Shown in pieces: positions 27,875 to 36,916 of a stretch of 64,000 bases of DNA (positions are counted from its first letter, which is position 1; each line of letters opens with the position of its first letter). The notes below the pieces were generated by a model. The model ran no database searches, was not told the DNA's origin, and saw nothing but the letters and a program-made list of their open reading frames with translations. This DNA is from Candidatus Krumholzibacteriia bacterium (GTDB lineage: Bacteria; Krumholzibacteriota; Krumholzibacteriia; Krumholzibacteriales; Krumholzibacteriaceae): assembly GCA_963836185.1 (NCBI GenBank), contig CAWIIQ010000003.1:416001-480000 (forward strand), in the 5' to 3' direction. The position numbers were made by a program, and so were the translations under genes.

Positions 27875-30829
27875 ATGAATATCCGCGTCATTCCTGTTGT
27901 GGTGCTTGCGGTTGCCGCCGCATGTCTTCCTTTAGTCTCGTGCAGCGACAGTTCGACGGAACCGGAGGCGGAGATCCTCAAATCTTTCAGCCTCGATGTG
28001 CCCGATACCGTTACGACAGGGGAATCGTTTGCCCTGTCGGTGACAGCTGTCGGGTCCGAGGGGACCAGCCCGTTCAGTTCGTTTGCTGAGACGGTCTTTC
28101 TCTCAGCATCGGGCGGATCGGTCACTCCCGACAGTCTCGTGCTGACAGGCGGCGAAGGTAGCGGCCAGGTCGTGCTCAGCGGGAGCAGCGATGCGCAGAC
28201 GATCACCGCGACGTATGGAAGCGTTACCGGTTCCGCTGTCGTGAACGCTGAATTTATGACCATACTCGAGGGCGGCTCAGACGATTCTGCGAACGAGGCG
28301 ATTCCTGGATTCCCGTTCATTGCCGATGGCGACGATTACTCTGATACGCATCCATCACTGGGAACGATGTTCGTTTCGTACAACACGATCATGCTTTCAT
28401 TCGAGCCTGGGACTACTGTCGGCCAGGCTAATACTGTCCTCGCGGATATTGGAGCAAGCATCGTCGGCGGTATAACCGGAACAGATGGTGATGCGCCCGG
28501 GGTCCTCTTCCTGAAGCTTCCGACGGTTACACATGCCGAACTCGATGCTGTGATAAGCACACTCGATGCGAACTCATCCGTGGAGACGGTTGTTCAGGAT
28601 ATTCTGATGGGACCGAACGCGACCCCGAAGCCAAACGACGGAGATCCTTCGACATGGACGTGGGAGAGTACACCTGCCGGCGCTAATTGGGGGCTCGAGC
28701 GGATACGTGTCCCCCAGATGTGGAACTTCAACGAAGCTGTGGCGAAGAAACGCGCTACTCAGGCTTTTTCGGCGGCGGCTGTTCTTATAATCGATACCGG
28801 TTTTTCAAGGAATCATCCCGATGTCTACACAGCCAATTTCAGGCCCGAAGTCCTTGATCCGCACGGCGCGCACGTATCTGGAATCATCGGAGCGAGATAC
28901 GATAATGGAAAAGGGATCGATGGTATCTGTCCGGATGTTTACATGATGGGGCAGAGTGCTATGGTCGATGCAGGTATGGGGGTTTTCACTGGTCGTATCA
29001 GTGCAGGGGAAGCAATCATCAGCGGGATGTACTGGGGCCTGCGGGCTTATACTGATATCGTGAATGTAAGCCTCGGGTACAACTGGGCCGCTGCGGGGAT
29101 AGATTCAGACACGGATGTCCTGGCGCAGGCTATCGCGGCGAAGCAGGCACAGCTCCTCGTCAATACGCTTCGCCTCCAGTCACTTTACTACGGCTCTGTT
29201 GTCATTGTCTGTTCCGCAGGGAACGACAGCGGTCAGGGCTTCGGGGAGCAGGACGCGAGGTATAACAGCCCGATGTGCTATGCTGCGCTAGGGATGGGTA
29301 TCGAAAACATCATTGTAGTCGAGGCGGTCATGGACAGCCCCGGGACGGGTGACGGCGACGTTACGCGTTATTCCGGGTCGTCTGTCGGAGGGCACGTTTC
29401 CGCGCCTGGGCAAGATGTCTGGGGGACGACGGGGACATCTCCTCTTTACAGCGCGGCCGACGGGACATCTTACGCCGCGGCGATGGTGTCGGGTCTTGCC
29501 GCATACATCAGCAATATCGAGCCCTACATAACATACAACGATATGATCGATGTGATACGGGTCAATGCTCTGTCGGCTGGAGGGAACGCTCAGCCGCGCA
29601 TTGACGCCTGGGCGAGTATCGTCGACATCGACAGGGTGCGAGGGGGAACTACCGTGCTCGAGATGATGTGCGACATAGATGACGGAACCCTTGACGGCAA
29701 CCAGCGGGTATTCTACGCAGACGGCACTGAATATTATGAAGAAGACGGTGACGGGGATGGAGGTATCGGCGACGGAAATATCGATATGAGTGACTTCCGC
29801 AGGTGGCGCGACTGGTACCTGATTGTGACAGCGCCGATCGAAGTAGATCTCGACGGCTCATCGAGTCACCCGAAGATGGATGTCAACGGCAATGGGTCAG
29901 CTGAAGGACCGGTGGGCGAGAGCGTTTATCCCCGAGGAGACTTCAACGGGGACGGTACGCTCAGCGAGACGGCGATGAGTTATGTGCCAGGCGCGATCGG
30001 AGATGTCGTTACCGATCTCGAGGTCCTGATGGAGGTGTTTGACGATCCGGAGTATGAAGCCATGGATCTTCCCGGCCTCGTCGAATCGTTCGATATCACA
30101 CTCGACCTTACGTTTTTCTTCGTCGAATCCGGGATGACATCAGTGACCGTCAGGGCCTGGTATCACGACGGGACCCCTTACTGGGAACATGTGATGACCG
30201 ACGCCGATCCGGTGAAGGTGATCACCGAGCCGTGCGATCCACAGGGATACTACCTGCATCTGTATCTCGACGGAATAATGGGAGCCGACTACTTTGAGTT
30301 CGCCCATGATCCTTCGGTGTTCGCCATGGAGCCCGGAGAGGATGTGTGGCTCTTTCCTATCGGGGGGATGCTGCTGGATCCCAAAGCCTCATTCCTGCAT
30401 ACCTGTGACGATCCGGGCGCGCTCAACACAGCGCCGGTCGATCTTGCCGCACACGGGATACTGCCTGGTGACTGGATCCTGATCGATCAGATCGGCTCAT
30501 ATGATGGTGGCGGGGGGTGGCATGATCTTACGAACATGCACGGGGTTTTCAGTTCGAGCAGTACCCTGCTGGCCGGGGACCAGCTCAACCGGGTGCCGGG
30601 TGCCATCGATGCGGGAGAGGATATAGTGACAATACCGACATTCAACTGCAGCGGTGAACCGACCGATATCGCGGAGGATTTCGATATTGATCCTTATGTC
30701 ATCATCCAGGTGCCGGCAGGGGCCAAGTATATATTCATGGCACCTAACGAGTCGAAATACGAGGACAACTACAATACTGGCGGGTATGGCGTGCAGATAT
30801 CGAAGATCAGGATGAAGGGATACAGATAG
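27875..30829 (+). CDS. Lipoprotein S8 peptidase with Ig-like and Ca-binding (DxNGDG) regions
   Basis: Lipobox LVSC; IIDTG, HGAHVSG, SAGND, GTSYAA; DVNGNG, GDFNGDG. Confidence 0.85.
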   Translation: MNIRVIPVVVLAVAAACLPLVSCSDSSTEPEAEILKSFSLDVPDTVTTGESFALSVTAVGSEGTSPFSSFAETVFLSASGGSVTPDSLVLTGGEGSGQVVLSGSSDAQTITATYGSVTGSAVVNAEFMTILEGGSDDSANEAIPGFPFIADGDDYSDTHPSLGTMFVSYNTIMLSFEPGTTVGQANTVLADIGASIVGGITGTDGDAPGVLFLKLPTVTHAELDAVISTLDANSSVETVVQDILMGPNATPKPNDGDPSTWTWESTPAGANWGLERIRVPQMWNFNEAVAKKRATQAFSAAAVLIIDTGFSRNHPDVYTANFRPEVLDPHGAHVSGIIGARYDNGKGIDGICPDVYMMGQSAMVDAGMGVFTGRISAGEAIISGMYWGLRAYTDIVNVSLGYNWAAAGIDSDTDVLAQAIAAKQAQLLVNTLRLQSLYYGSVVIVCSAGNDSGQGFGEQDARYNSPMCYAALGMGIENIIVVEAVMDSPGTGDGDVTRYSGSSVGGHVSAPGQDVWGTTGTSPLYSAADGTSYAAAMVSGLAAYISNIEPYITYNDMIDVIRVNALSAGGNAQPRIDAWASIVDIDRVRGGTTVLEMMCDIDDGTLDGNQRVFYADGTEYYEEDGDGDGGIGDGNIDMSDFRRWRDWYLIVTAPIEVDLDGSSSHPKMDVNGNGSAEGPVGESVYPRGDFNGDGTLSETAMSYVPGAIGDVVTDLEVLMEVFDDPEYEAMDLPGLVESFDITLDLTFFFVESGMTSVTVRAWYHDGTPYWEHVMTDADPVKVITEPCDPQGYYLHLYLDGIMGADYFEFAHDPSVFAMEPGEDVWLFPIGGMLLDPKASFLHTCDDPGALNTAPVDLAAHGILPGDWILIDQIGSYDGGGGWHDLTNMHGVFSSSSTLLAGDQLNRVPGAIDAGEDIVTIPTFNCSGEPTDIAEDFDIDPYVIIQVPAGAKYIFMAPNESKYEDNYNTGGYGVQISKIRMKGYR

Positions 30830-30843
30830 CGGGATATATGAGC

Positions 30844-31407
30844 CTACTGCCTGTACTGTGACTTGATGGAGCCCCAACTGGACTCCCGAGTGGGGGAAGG
30901 TCAGGCGCTGCATCCAATATTGTACCCGAATAATGTCCTGACACCCGCATCCATCCGCGGCTGGCCCGTTTCGCATGTATTAATGCTGAGGAATCCGCTG
31001 GTCTCATGCGCTTCTATCTTGAAGTATCCGGGAGTAGTGTCCATCCCGAGAAACGTAAACCAGGTGATAATTATAATGCCGGTCTGACAGCTCGTGAACG
31101 GGGCTGATATCCCGGGAGATCCGAGCCAGCTGCCCGTTATCGTCTCCGAGACGAAAGGAGCGATCTCCTGCTCCATCATGACACAGTTCGGAAGGGTAGT
31201 CATTTTATACTCTGCCGCGGATGCTCCTTCCTCCGGCGTTTCCAGATAGACATAGACGGTAAACGTCTCGAAGGAGGTGGTGGGGAAGAAATCACAGGAG
31301 CACATCCTGTCATCCTCCCACAGACTGTACATCTGGGCAGCCGCCTGTCCAGCGATGAACAGAGACATGAATATAATGACGAATCCGCGCAGTATCTTTC
31401 CTGGCAT
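30844..31407 (-). CDS. Secreted Cys-rich hypothetical protein; in-frame TGA at 30903-30901 precedes an SSWGSIKSQY tail
   Basis: Paralog of 31414-31995; the frame continues *PSPTRESSWGSIKSQYRQ to a TAG at 30846-30844 (the ORF track stops at 30901). Confidence 0.7.
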
Positions 31408-31413
31408 GAGGGC

Positions 31414-31995
31414 CTACTTCCTGTACAGCGCCTTGATCGTGCCCCAGCTTGAAGTCTCCGTGCCGTAATACCACATGCACGATTCATTGTACCCGAATAC
31501 ACCATGAACGGTAACGGGATGTTCCGGACGATCGCCGGAGCAGATGAAGACACACAAGGAGCCCGTATCATCATGCGGCTCGAAGGTATAGAACCCGGCC
31601 TCAATGTCCGGAGCCAGCATCGTCATGTGTACTATCCATGTCAGCTCGGTCTGGCATTCCGTAAATGGTGCGGTGATACCCGGGGCGCCGGCCCATGATC
31701 CCATGGAAGCGAGAGATATGAACGGCGCCAGGGTCACCTGGTCAGTGTAATGTCCGGGGAGGATGTCGAGCTTGTACTCGACCGCGAAGACACCGCCTGT
31801 ATCTGGATCTATGAACACGTAGATCTCAAAAGGAACAAGAGGGCTTTCGTGCAATACATCACACGCGGACATGTTCGCGTCTGACCAGAGGCTGAATACG
31901 TGCTGCTGTGCATGCGATGATATCGATCCAAGCATGAGGACAGCCGCACACAGCACAACGGATGCCGATAATTTTCTCTCTGTTCTTCCGGCCAT
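31414..31995 (-). CDS. Secreted Cys-rich hypothetical protein with C-terminal SSWGTIKALY motif
   Basis: Signal peptide, AAGGAG RBS; shares SLWxDxxMxxCD and GSWxGxPGIxAPFTxCQT with its neighbour. Confidence 0.8.
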   Translation of the reverse strand: MAGRTERKLSASVVLCAAVLMLGSISSHAQQHVFSLWSDANMSACDVLHESPLVPFEIYVFIDPDTGGVFAVEYKLDILPGHYTDQVTLAPFISLASMGSWAGAPGITAPFTECQTELTWIVHMTMLAPDIEAGFYTFEPHDDTGSLCVFICSGDRPEHPVTVHGVFGYNESCMWYYGTETSSWGTIKALYRK

Positions 31996-32308
31996 ACATG
32001 CTCTCCTTGCGCTGCACACAGTGAGACTGCATGCCTGTTCTTCAGATAACCTGATTGTGACTGGAATCGTTAGCTAAAGTCCGATATACCCCTCCTCGAC
32101 GGAATTATCAGGATACCATTTACATTATAGCAGAGTCCGGGCTTTCTGTCCATGAGGCGCATGCCGGGGTGCATGAATTGAGAAAATCGAAAAGATTGTA
32201 TTCTGTATCTTGACCTTTTGCAGCAGGTTCGGGTATTATGCATATTGGTTGTCAGGTATTCAGGGGTGAGATCATTTTACATTTTTCAGGTTCGGGAAGG
32301 AGCGCGGT

Positions 32309-33157
32309 ATGGCCAGTTCACCGGGACGTACATCTCTATCGGGGATTGCATCAGTATTATTGCTTCTGGGCGCCATGATCTTTTCGGGATGCAGTGATTC
32401 CGATTCCGGGACCGCGCCTGCGGCGGATGAGACTGATCCGACTGTTTCGTTGTCCGCCTCTTCGAATCTTGTATTAGCTGAAGGCAACGTCGTCTATACG
32501 GCGGATGCTTCGGACAACGAGGGTGTGACCGAAGTCGAGTTCTACGACGAGAACTCGCTGGTCGGAACCGACGTTTCGGCTCCATTCACGCATACGGTCA
32601 GTTACGGAGAGATAGATAACGGCGAACATGAATGCTGGACGATAGCAAGGGATGCCGCCGGCAATACGGGCCACAGTGATACCCTTGAAGTGATCGTGGC
32701 GATCAATGTGACGGCTGAATTCACCAACCCCGGCTTTACTGCCGACGGCTTGGGATGGACGGAGCATAACTTCGATGAGTGGAGCGGATGGACCGATGAA
32801 GCGGGAAATCCTCCCGGATGCTACAGGCTGAACGAATATGGCAATCCCGAAATCGACCCGGGGATCCAGCAGGATGTCTCCGGATTTGTTCCGGGGCTTA
32901 CATACGAGATCACCGGTGAATACCGGCCGTATGTCGAATGGATCGGGAGCCCTTCAGCCGAGAGCTTTGCCGTGACCGTAGATAGTGTCCTGGTCGGCTC
33001 TTTTCCACGCGGTCCGAACGGACTGGACTGGTCGACTTTCTCGGCAGAGTTCACGGCGACAAGTTTTTCCCATGTGATCGGGTTCTGGGGTGAGCACCTT
33101 GATGATTCCTCGTATGAGCTCGACAATGTCTCGTTGTCGATAAAGGCGCCGGACTGA
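32309..33157 (+). CDS. Lipoprotein with bacterial Ig-like and jelly-roll / CBM-like domains
   Basis: Lipobox FSGC; ADASDNEGVTEVEFY...ARDAAGN Ig-like domain; NPGF...LDNVSL. Confidence 0.75.
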   Translation: MASSPGRTSLSGIASVLLLLGAMIFSGCSDSDSGTAPAADETDPTVSLSASSNLVLAEGNVVYTADASDNEGVTEVEFYDENSLVGTDVSAPFTHTVSYGEIDNGEHECWTIARDAAGNTGHSDTLEVIVAINVTAEFTNPGFTADGLGWTEHNFDEWSGWTDEAGNPPGCYRLNEYGNPEIDPGIQQDVSGFVPGLTYEITGEYRPYVEWIGSPSAESFAVTVDSVLVGSFPRGPNGLDWSTFSAEFTATSFSHVIGFWGEHLDDSSYELDNVSLSIKAPD

Positions 33158-33160
33158 GGA

Positions 33161-34111
33161 TCAGCCGGGATATCCGGGAAAGGATTCAGCGGGGACGAGC
33201 CGTTGCTCGATTAGCCATTCGATCAAAGTATTGCTTATCAGCTGATGGAACTCCTCGTCGCGTATCGTGACGTGTCCCGTGTCGAGCCATTTCACCGTTT
33301 TCGGCTCGCCAGCCGCGTCGTGGAGGAGCCGGCTGCACCTGGCCGGGATCCTCGGGTCCTGTATCCCGCTTATCATCAGAAGGGGCCGAGGCGCTATATC
33401 GCCTGCATATTTCAGCGGCTCGACAGGTGAGAGGAGGACAGCGCCGAGCCAGCCTGCGGGCCTTGTGAGGAACCGGGGTATGTCATGGCTCGCTTTGAGT
33501 ATCGACTGTATATCGCCGGCGCCGTATATCATCACCGCCGCCGCCGGGCGGTCGTCTATCGCCGCGTGAGCGGGAACGAAGAAGGCGCCGAGGCTACCGC
33601 CGATCACGATGATCCGGGCAGGGTCGACATCTTCCCGCTCAAGGAGATAGTCGACGGCAGTCATCGCCGCCGGAGCCGTATCGATCACCGCGCGCCGGAT
33701 GCGCGGTACAGATCCTATGAACTCCCACACATTCATCCTGCTCGTCTTTCCCTCGTAAGGGTAGTCGAGGGCGAGCATGACGATGCCGCGCGTATTGTCT
33801 ATGTATTCGAGGGTCTTCCTTCCGGTACGCAGGCCGCCGAGGATGAGAAAGGCGGGGTGCATGGAGCCGCCGTCGGACGGGACCTTGAGAAAACCGTTCG
33901 TCCTGATACCGGTCGAGCTCTCCAGACTGATATCGAAGAGCAGGTGCCCGTCGCTTTCTCCCGCGAGATGTTCTTCGGATTTTTCGAGGGTCCCACGGCG
34001 CTCGATGAATTTGTCGCTGTAGTCAAGGGAGCGGTATATCTCACCTGTGATGTAGATGGCGAGAAGCGCTATCACGATCGAGAGAAAAATGACTGTCAGA
34101 GTCTTCTTCAT
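33161..34111 (-). CDS. Membrane-anchored alpha/beta hydrolase
   Basis: N-terminal TM; GGSLG nucleophile, D (QDPRIP), H (TGH). Confidence 0.85.
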   Translation of the reverse strand: MKKTLTVIFLSIVIALLAIYITGEIYRSLDYSDKFIERRGTLEKSEEHLAGESDGHLLFDISLESSTGIRTNGFLKVPSDGGSMHPAFLILGGLRTGRKTLEYIDNTRGIVMLALDYPYEGKTSRMNVWEFIGSVPRIRRAVIDTAPAAMTAVDYLLEREDVDPARIIVIGGSLGAFFVPAHAAIDDRPAAAVMIYGAGDIQSILKASHDIPRFLTRPAGWLGAVLLSPVEPLKYAGDIAPRPLLMISGIQDPRIPARCSRLLHDAAGEPKTVKWLDTGHVTIRDEEFHQLISNTLIEWLIEQRLVPAESFPGYPG

Positions 34112-34203
34112 AGTGTATATCGTTGCCCCGGCAGAGGATAATCTGGTATCCTGACCGTGCTCATTATACAGGCGGCTTATAACAAAACAACAGGGGGTTT
34201 TCC

Positions 34204-34457
34204 GTGCGACTTCGTACTGCGCTCGTAATCTCAATATTTGTAATTATGGTTTTTTGCGGAGTGTCCGCGGTTCAGGCCGGCTGGACTCTCGACGGCGCGC
34301 CGATCTGTGTCGCGGGGGCGAACCAGCAGATTCCGCAGGTCCTTCCAGATGGGGAGGGCGGGGCATTTATCGTCTGGAACGATCACCGGGCATCTACCTC
34401 TATCGCCTGACCGTGGGCAAGAGGGCCTTTACGAGGAAGATGGCCCTTCTCAGATGA
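34204..34457 (+). pseudogene. Internally deleted secreted FlgD-tail protein
   Basis: Signal peptide + WTLDGAPIC...DGEGGAFIVWNDHR joined out of frame to SPGIYLYRL...TRKMALLR. Confidence 0.7.
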
Positions 34458-34555
34458 GGTTTGTCGCCGTGAATCGGCTTTACTATTTATGACGATTCCG
34501 GTACAATATAAATGAGCTCATCAATCAACCTGAAACCGTTTCGAGAGGGGAAGAT

Positions 34556-35476
34556 ATGGATTTCTCTTCCACATTCCGCAGGGGAATCTGGTCTGCCGTG
34601 CTCGTACTGCTTCTTGCTTCACCACTATCGGCCCAGATCGAAGATCATCTCTCCGCCTACACGGGGAAAAACGCCGAAGGATATCTCAATCCGCTTGTCA
34701 GCGCGATGGGGACGACTCTCGGCGGGGGGTTGTGGCGCTCTGGCCATATACCGAAATCGGGATTGAACATCGCTGTCGAATTCCCGTTCGTGGGACTCTA
34801 CTTCTCCGATGATGACAAGTATTTCACGGGGACGACAGAGGGGGGCTTCTCTCCCGAGCAGTCGGCCCAGGCCTCGACGGTCGTCGGCCCGACAGATGCG
34901 GTGCTTGTATCGGGAGACGGGGGGACTATATTCGCCTTCCCCGGAGGGTTCGATATCGGATCCTTCGCGATAACGGCTCCGCAGATAAGAGTCGGTGCCT
35001 TATTTGGCACCGAGGCGATGGTCCGGTTCATCGCATTCAGGATCGGTGACAGCGAGCTCGGCGACGTCATGCTCGCCGGGTTTGGCGTAAGGCACAGTCT
35101 GTCCCAGTACATGGGGCCAACGCCTCCCGTCGACCTCGCTGCGAGTTTTTACTGGCAGACCCTGAAGCTCGGAGAAAACTCTGATGGAGAGGACCTGGCC
35201 ACTACGTCGAACTATTCGCTCGGAGCACAGGCCAGCAAGAAGCTCGGCACCGTTCTCAATCCGTACGCGGGACTCTATTACAACACCTACAAGACCGACA
35301 TTAAATACACCAGTGAGGCTTCCGGCGAACCGGAATCGACCGAGATATCGTTCGATGACGGATACGTCCAGTTCACCTTGGGTCTGGAGTTGAATCTCTG
35401 GATCTTCAATGTATGGGGTGAATACAACATTGCCGAGCGTCAGAGCTTCGGCGCCGGTTTCGGCCTCGCGCTGTGA
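34556..35476 (+). CDS. Outer-membrane beta-barrel protein, DUF6588-like
   Basis: Signal peptide; NAEGYLNPL, APQIRVG..FGTE...RF, GFGVRHSLSQY. Confidence 0.7.
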   Translation: MDFSSTFRRGIWSAVLVLLLASPLSAQIEDHLSAYTGKNAEGYLNPLVSAMGTTLGGGLWRSGHIPKSGLNIAVEFPFVGLYFSDDDKYFTGTTEGGFSPEQSAQASTVVGPTDAVLVSGDGGTIFAFPGGFDIGSFAITAPQIRVGALFGTEAMVRFIAFRIGDSELGDVMLAGFGVRHSLSQYMGPTPPVDLAASFYWQTLKLGENSDGEDLATTSNYSLGAQASKKLGTVLNPYAGLYYNTYKTDIKYTSEASGEPESTEISFDDGYVQFTLGLELNLWIFNVWGEYNIAERQSFGAGFGLAL

Positions 35477-35493
35477 CCACAGGAGGTTCCGAG

Positions 35494-36131
35494 ATGAAGA
35501 AAGTATTATTGAGCGCAGCCCTGATGATCCCGATAGTCCTTGCTCTAGGGCTCGGCGGCTGCCTGCTCGAGGACAGGGATGTCCAGATCGTGCTGAACCA
35601 GGACTTCTGCAAGGTGTTCCCGGAGGACCACGCGTCGGAGACCTGGACACATTCCGAGACCCTGGAGGTCGGAGAGGATCTCGACCAGCTCCTCGCCGAT
35701 AACGAGGTCTCGATGGATCAGATCGACAGTATATTCGTTTCCGGCGGGAATTATGACGTGATCGAATATACAGCGATAGACCATGACTGGCGGATCAGGG
35801 GCTCGATCATGATCGAGCGAACCGATGTAGTCAGGCTCTGGCTCCTGTCACCCTGATAGCCTACGATGATGTATCGATAGAAGAAGAGTACGCTTCGGGG
35901 CCGCAGGCGGTTTCCCTGGAGCCTGCCGGCGTTGCCCTGATCAATCAGGCCCTGTATGAGTACCTCCATGCCGGGGCGACTCCGGAATTCGAGCTTTCCG
36001 TGGTCATGGGTGACGTCGACCCGTCGCCGAGCACCGAAGACAGGATCATGTTCGACTGGAAAGCCTGCATCCTGGTACAGGTCATCTCGACTCTTGATGT
36101 CGAGATAGTAAACTGGATAGGCGGTTCCTGA
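35494..36131 (+). CDS. Hypothetical lipoprotein, frameshifted near 35830-35840
   Basis: AGGAGG RBS, lipobox LGGC; a second frame continues APVTLIAYDD...NWIGGS* to 36131. Confidence 0.6.
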
Positions 36132-36179
36132 TAGCAGGGAGTCGAACGGAAAATATTAATTTTCGACAGGACGGATATA

Positions 36180-36578
36180 TTGTCACTGAAACTACACGTC
36201 ATCCACGCGAAGGAATTCGTGCAGATGACACCTGAAGGCAAATACGACTTCGAGTCGACGCGGAAGATGCTTATCGAAGCGGTAGCGGCAAGCGCGAAGA
36301 GTCCGGATCACGAGATACTCCTGGACCTGAGAGGCGCGCGTGCCGATCTCAGCATGGTGGACGTCTATTACTTGGCAGCGGAACTGGACCGGAGCGACAC
36401 TGTATTCAAGGAGAGGATCGCGCTTCTTCTCACCCCGGAGCAGAAGTGGGACCAGGCAAAGTTCTTCGAGCTCTGCGCGGTCAACCGGGGACTCGACGTT
36501 GCCGCATTCAATTCGTACGAGGAAGCCATCAACTGGCTCTTCCCGTCTAGCGAGGTCAAGTCCGGGGATGACGGGTAA
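36180..36578 (+). CDS. Hypothetical protein, STAS/SpoIIAA-like alpha/beta fold
   Basis: ILLDLRGA, RIALL, FFELCAVNRG, FNSYEEAINWL pattern. Confidence 0.65.
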   Translation: MSLKLHVIHAKEFVQMTPEGKYDFESTRKMLIEAVAASAKSPDHEILLDLRGARADLSMVDVYYLAAELDRSDTVFKERIALLLTPEQKWDQAKFFELCAVNRGLDVAAFNSYEEAINWLFPSSEVKSGDDG

Positions 36579-36606
36579 CTGAGTTCCTGCGATTTCCTGC
36601 TTCACG

Positions 36607-36628
36607 ATAGTGAGAATCTCACTATATT
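36607..36628 (+). promoter_or_regulatory. Palindromic operator overlapping the -10 box of the RHH gene
   Basis: ATAGTGAGA-A-TCTCACTAT (36607-36625); TATATT at 36623-36628, 6 nt before the ATG. Confidence 0.7.
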
Positions 36629-36634
36629 TGATGT

Positions 36635-36877
36635 ATGAAGATCTCGATTTCAATACCTGACGTGCTTTTTCATGCTGCAGAGAAACTCATGAAACGGATG
36701 GGTGTGTCCAGAAGCGAATTCTATCAACGCGCAGTTCGTTCGTATATCGAGCAGCATCGCTCAGACAGAATTACCGAAGCACTTGATGTGCTTTACGGCT
36801 CCATCAACATGGAAAGTGGTGTTGATGCCGTAATACAGCAACTACAGGGCGCTTCTCTCTCGACAACGGATTGGTGA
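36635..36877 (+). CDS. Ribbon-helix-helix antitoxin-like protein (CopG/MazE6/ChpI-like), orphan
   Basis: MKISISIPDVLF..AE......GVSRSEFY..AV, ITEALD.LY, terminal W. Confidence 0.8.
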   Translation: MKISISIPDVLFHAAEKLMKRMGVSRSEFYQRAVRSYIEQHRSDRITEALDVLYGSINMESGVDAVIQQLQGASLSTTDW

Positions 36878-36916
36878 TCTGGTCGTTGCTGACCTGTTTG
36901 ACCGTCCGCGGACGAT

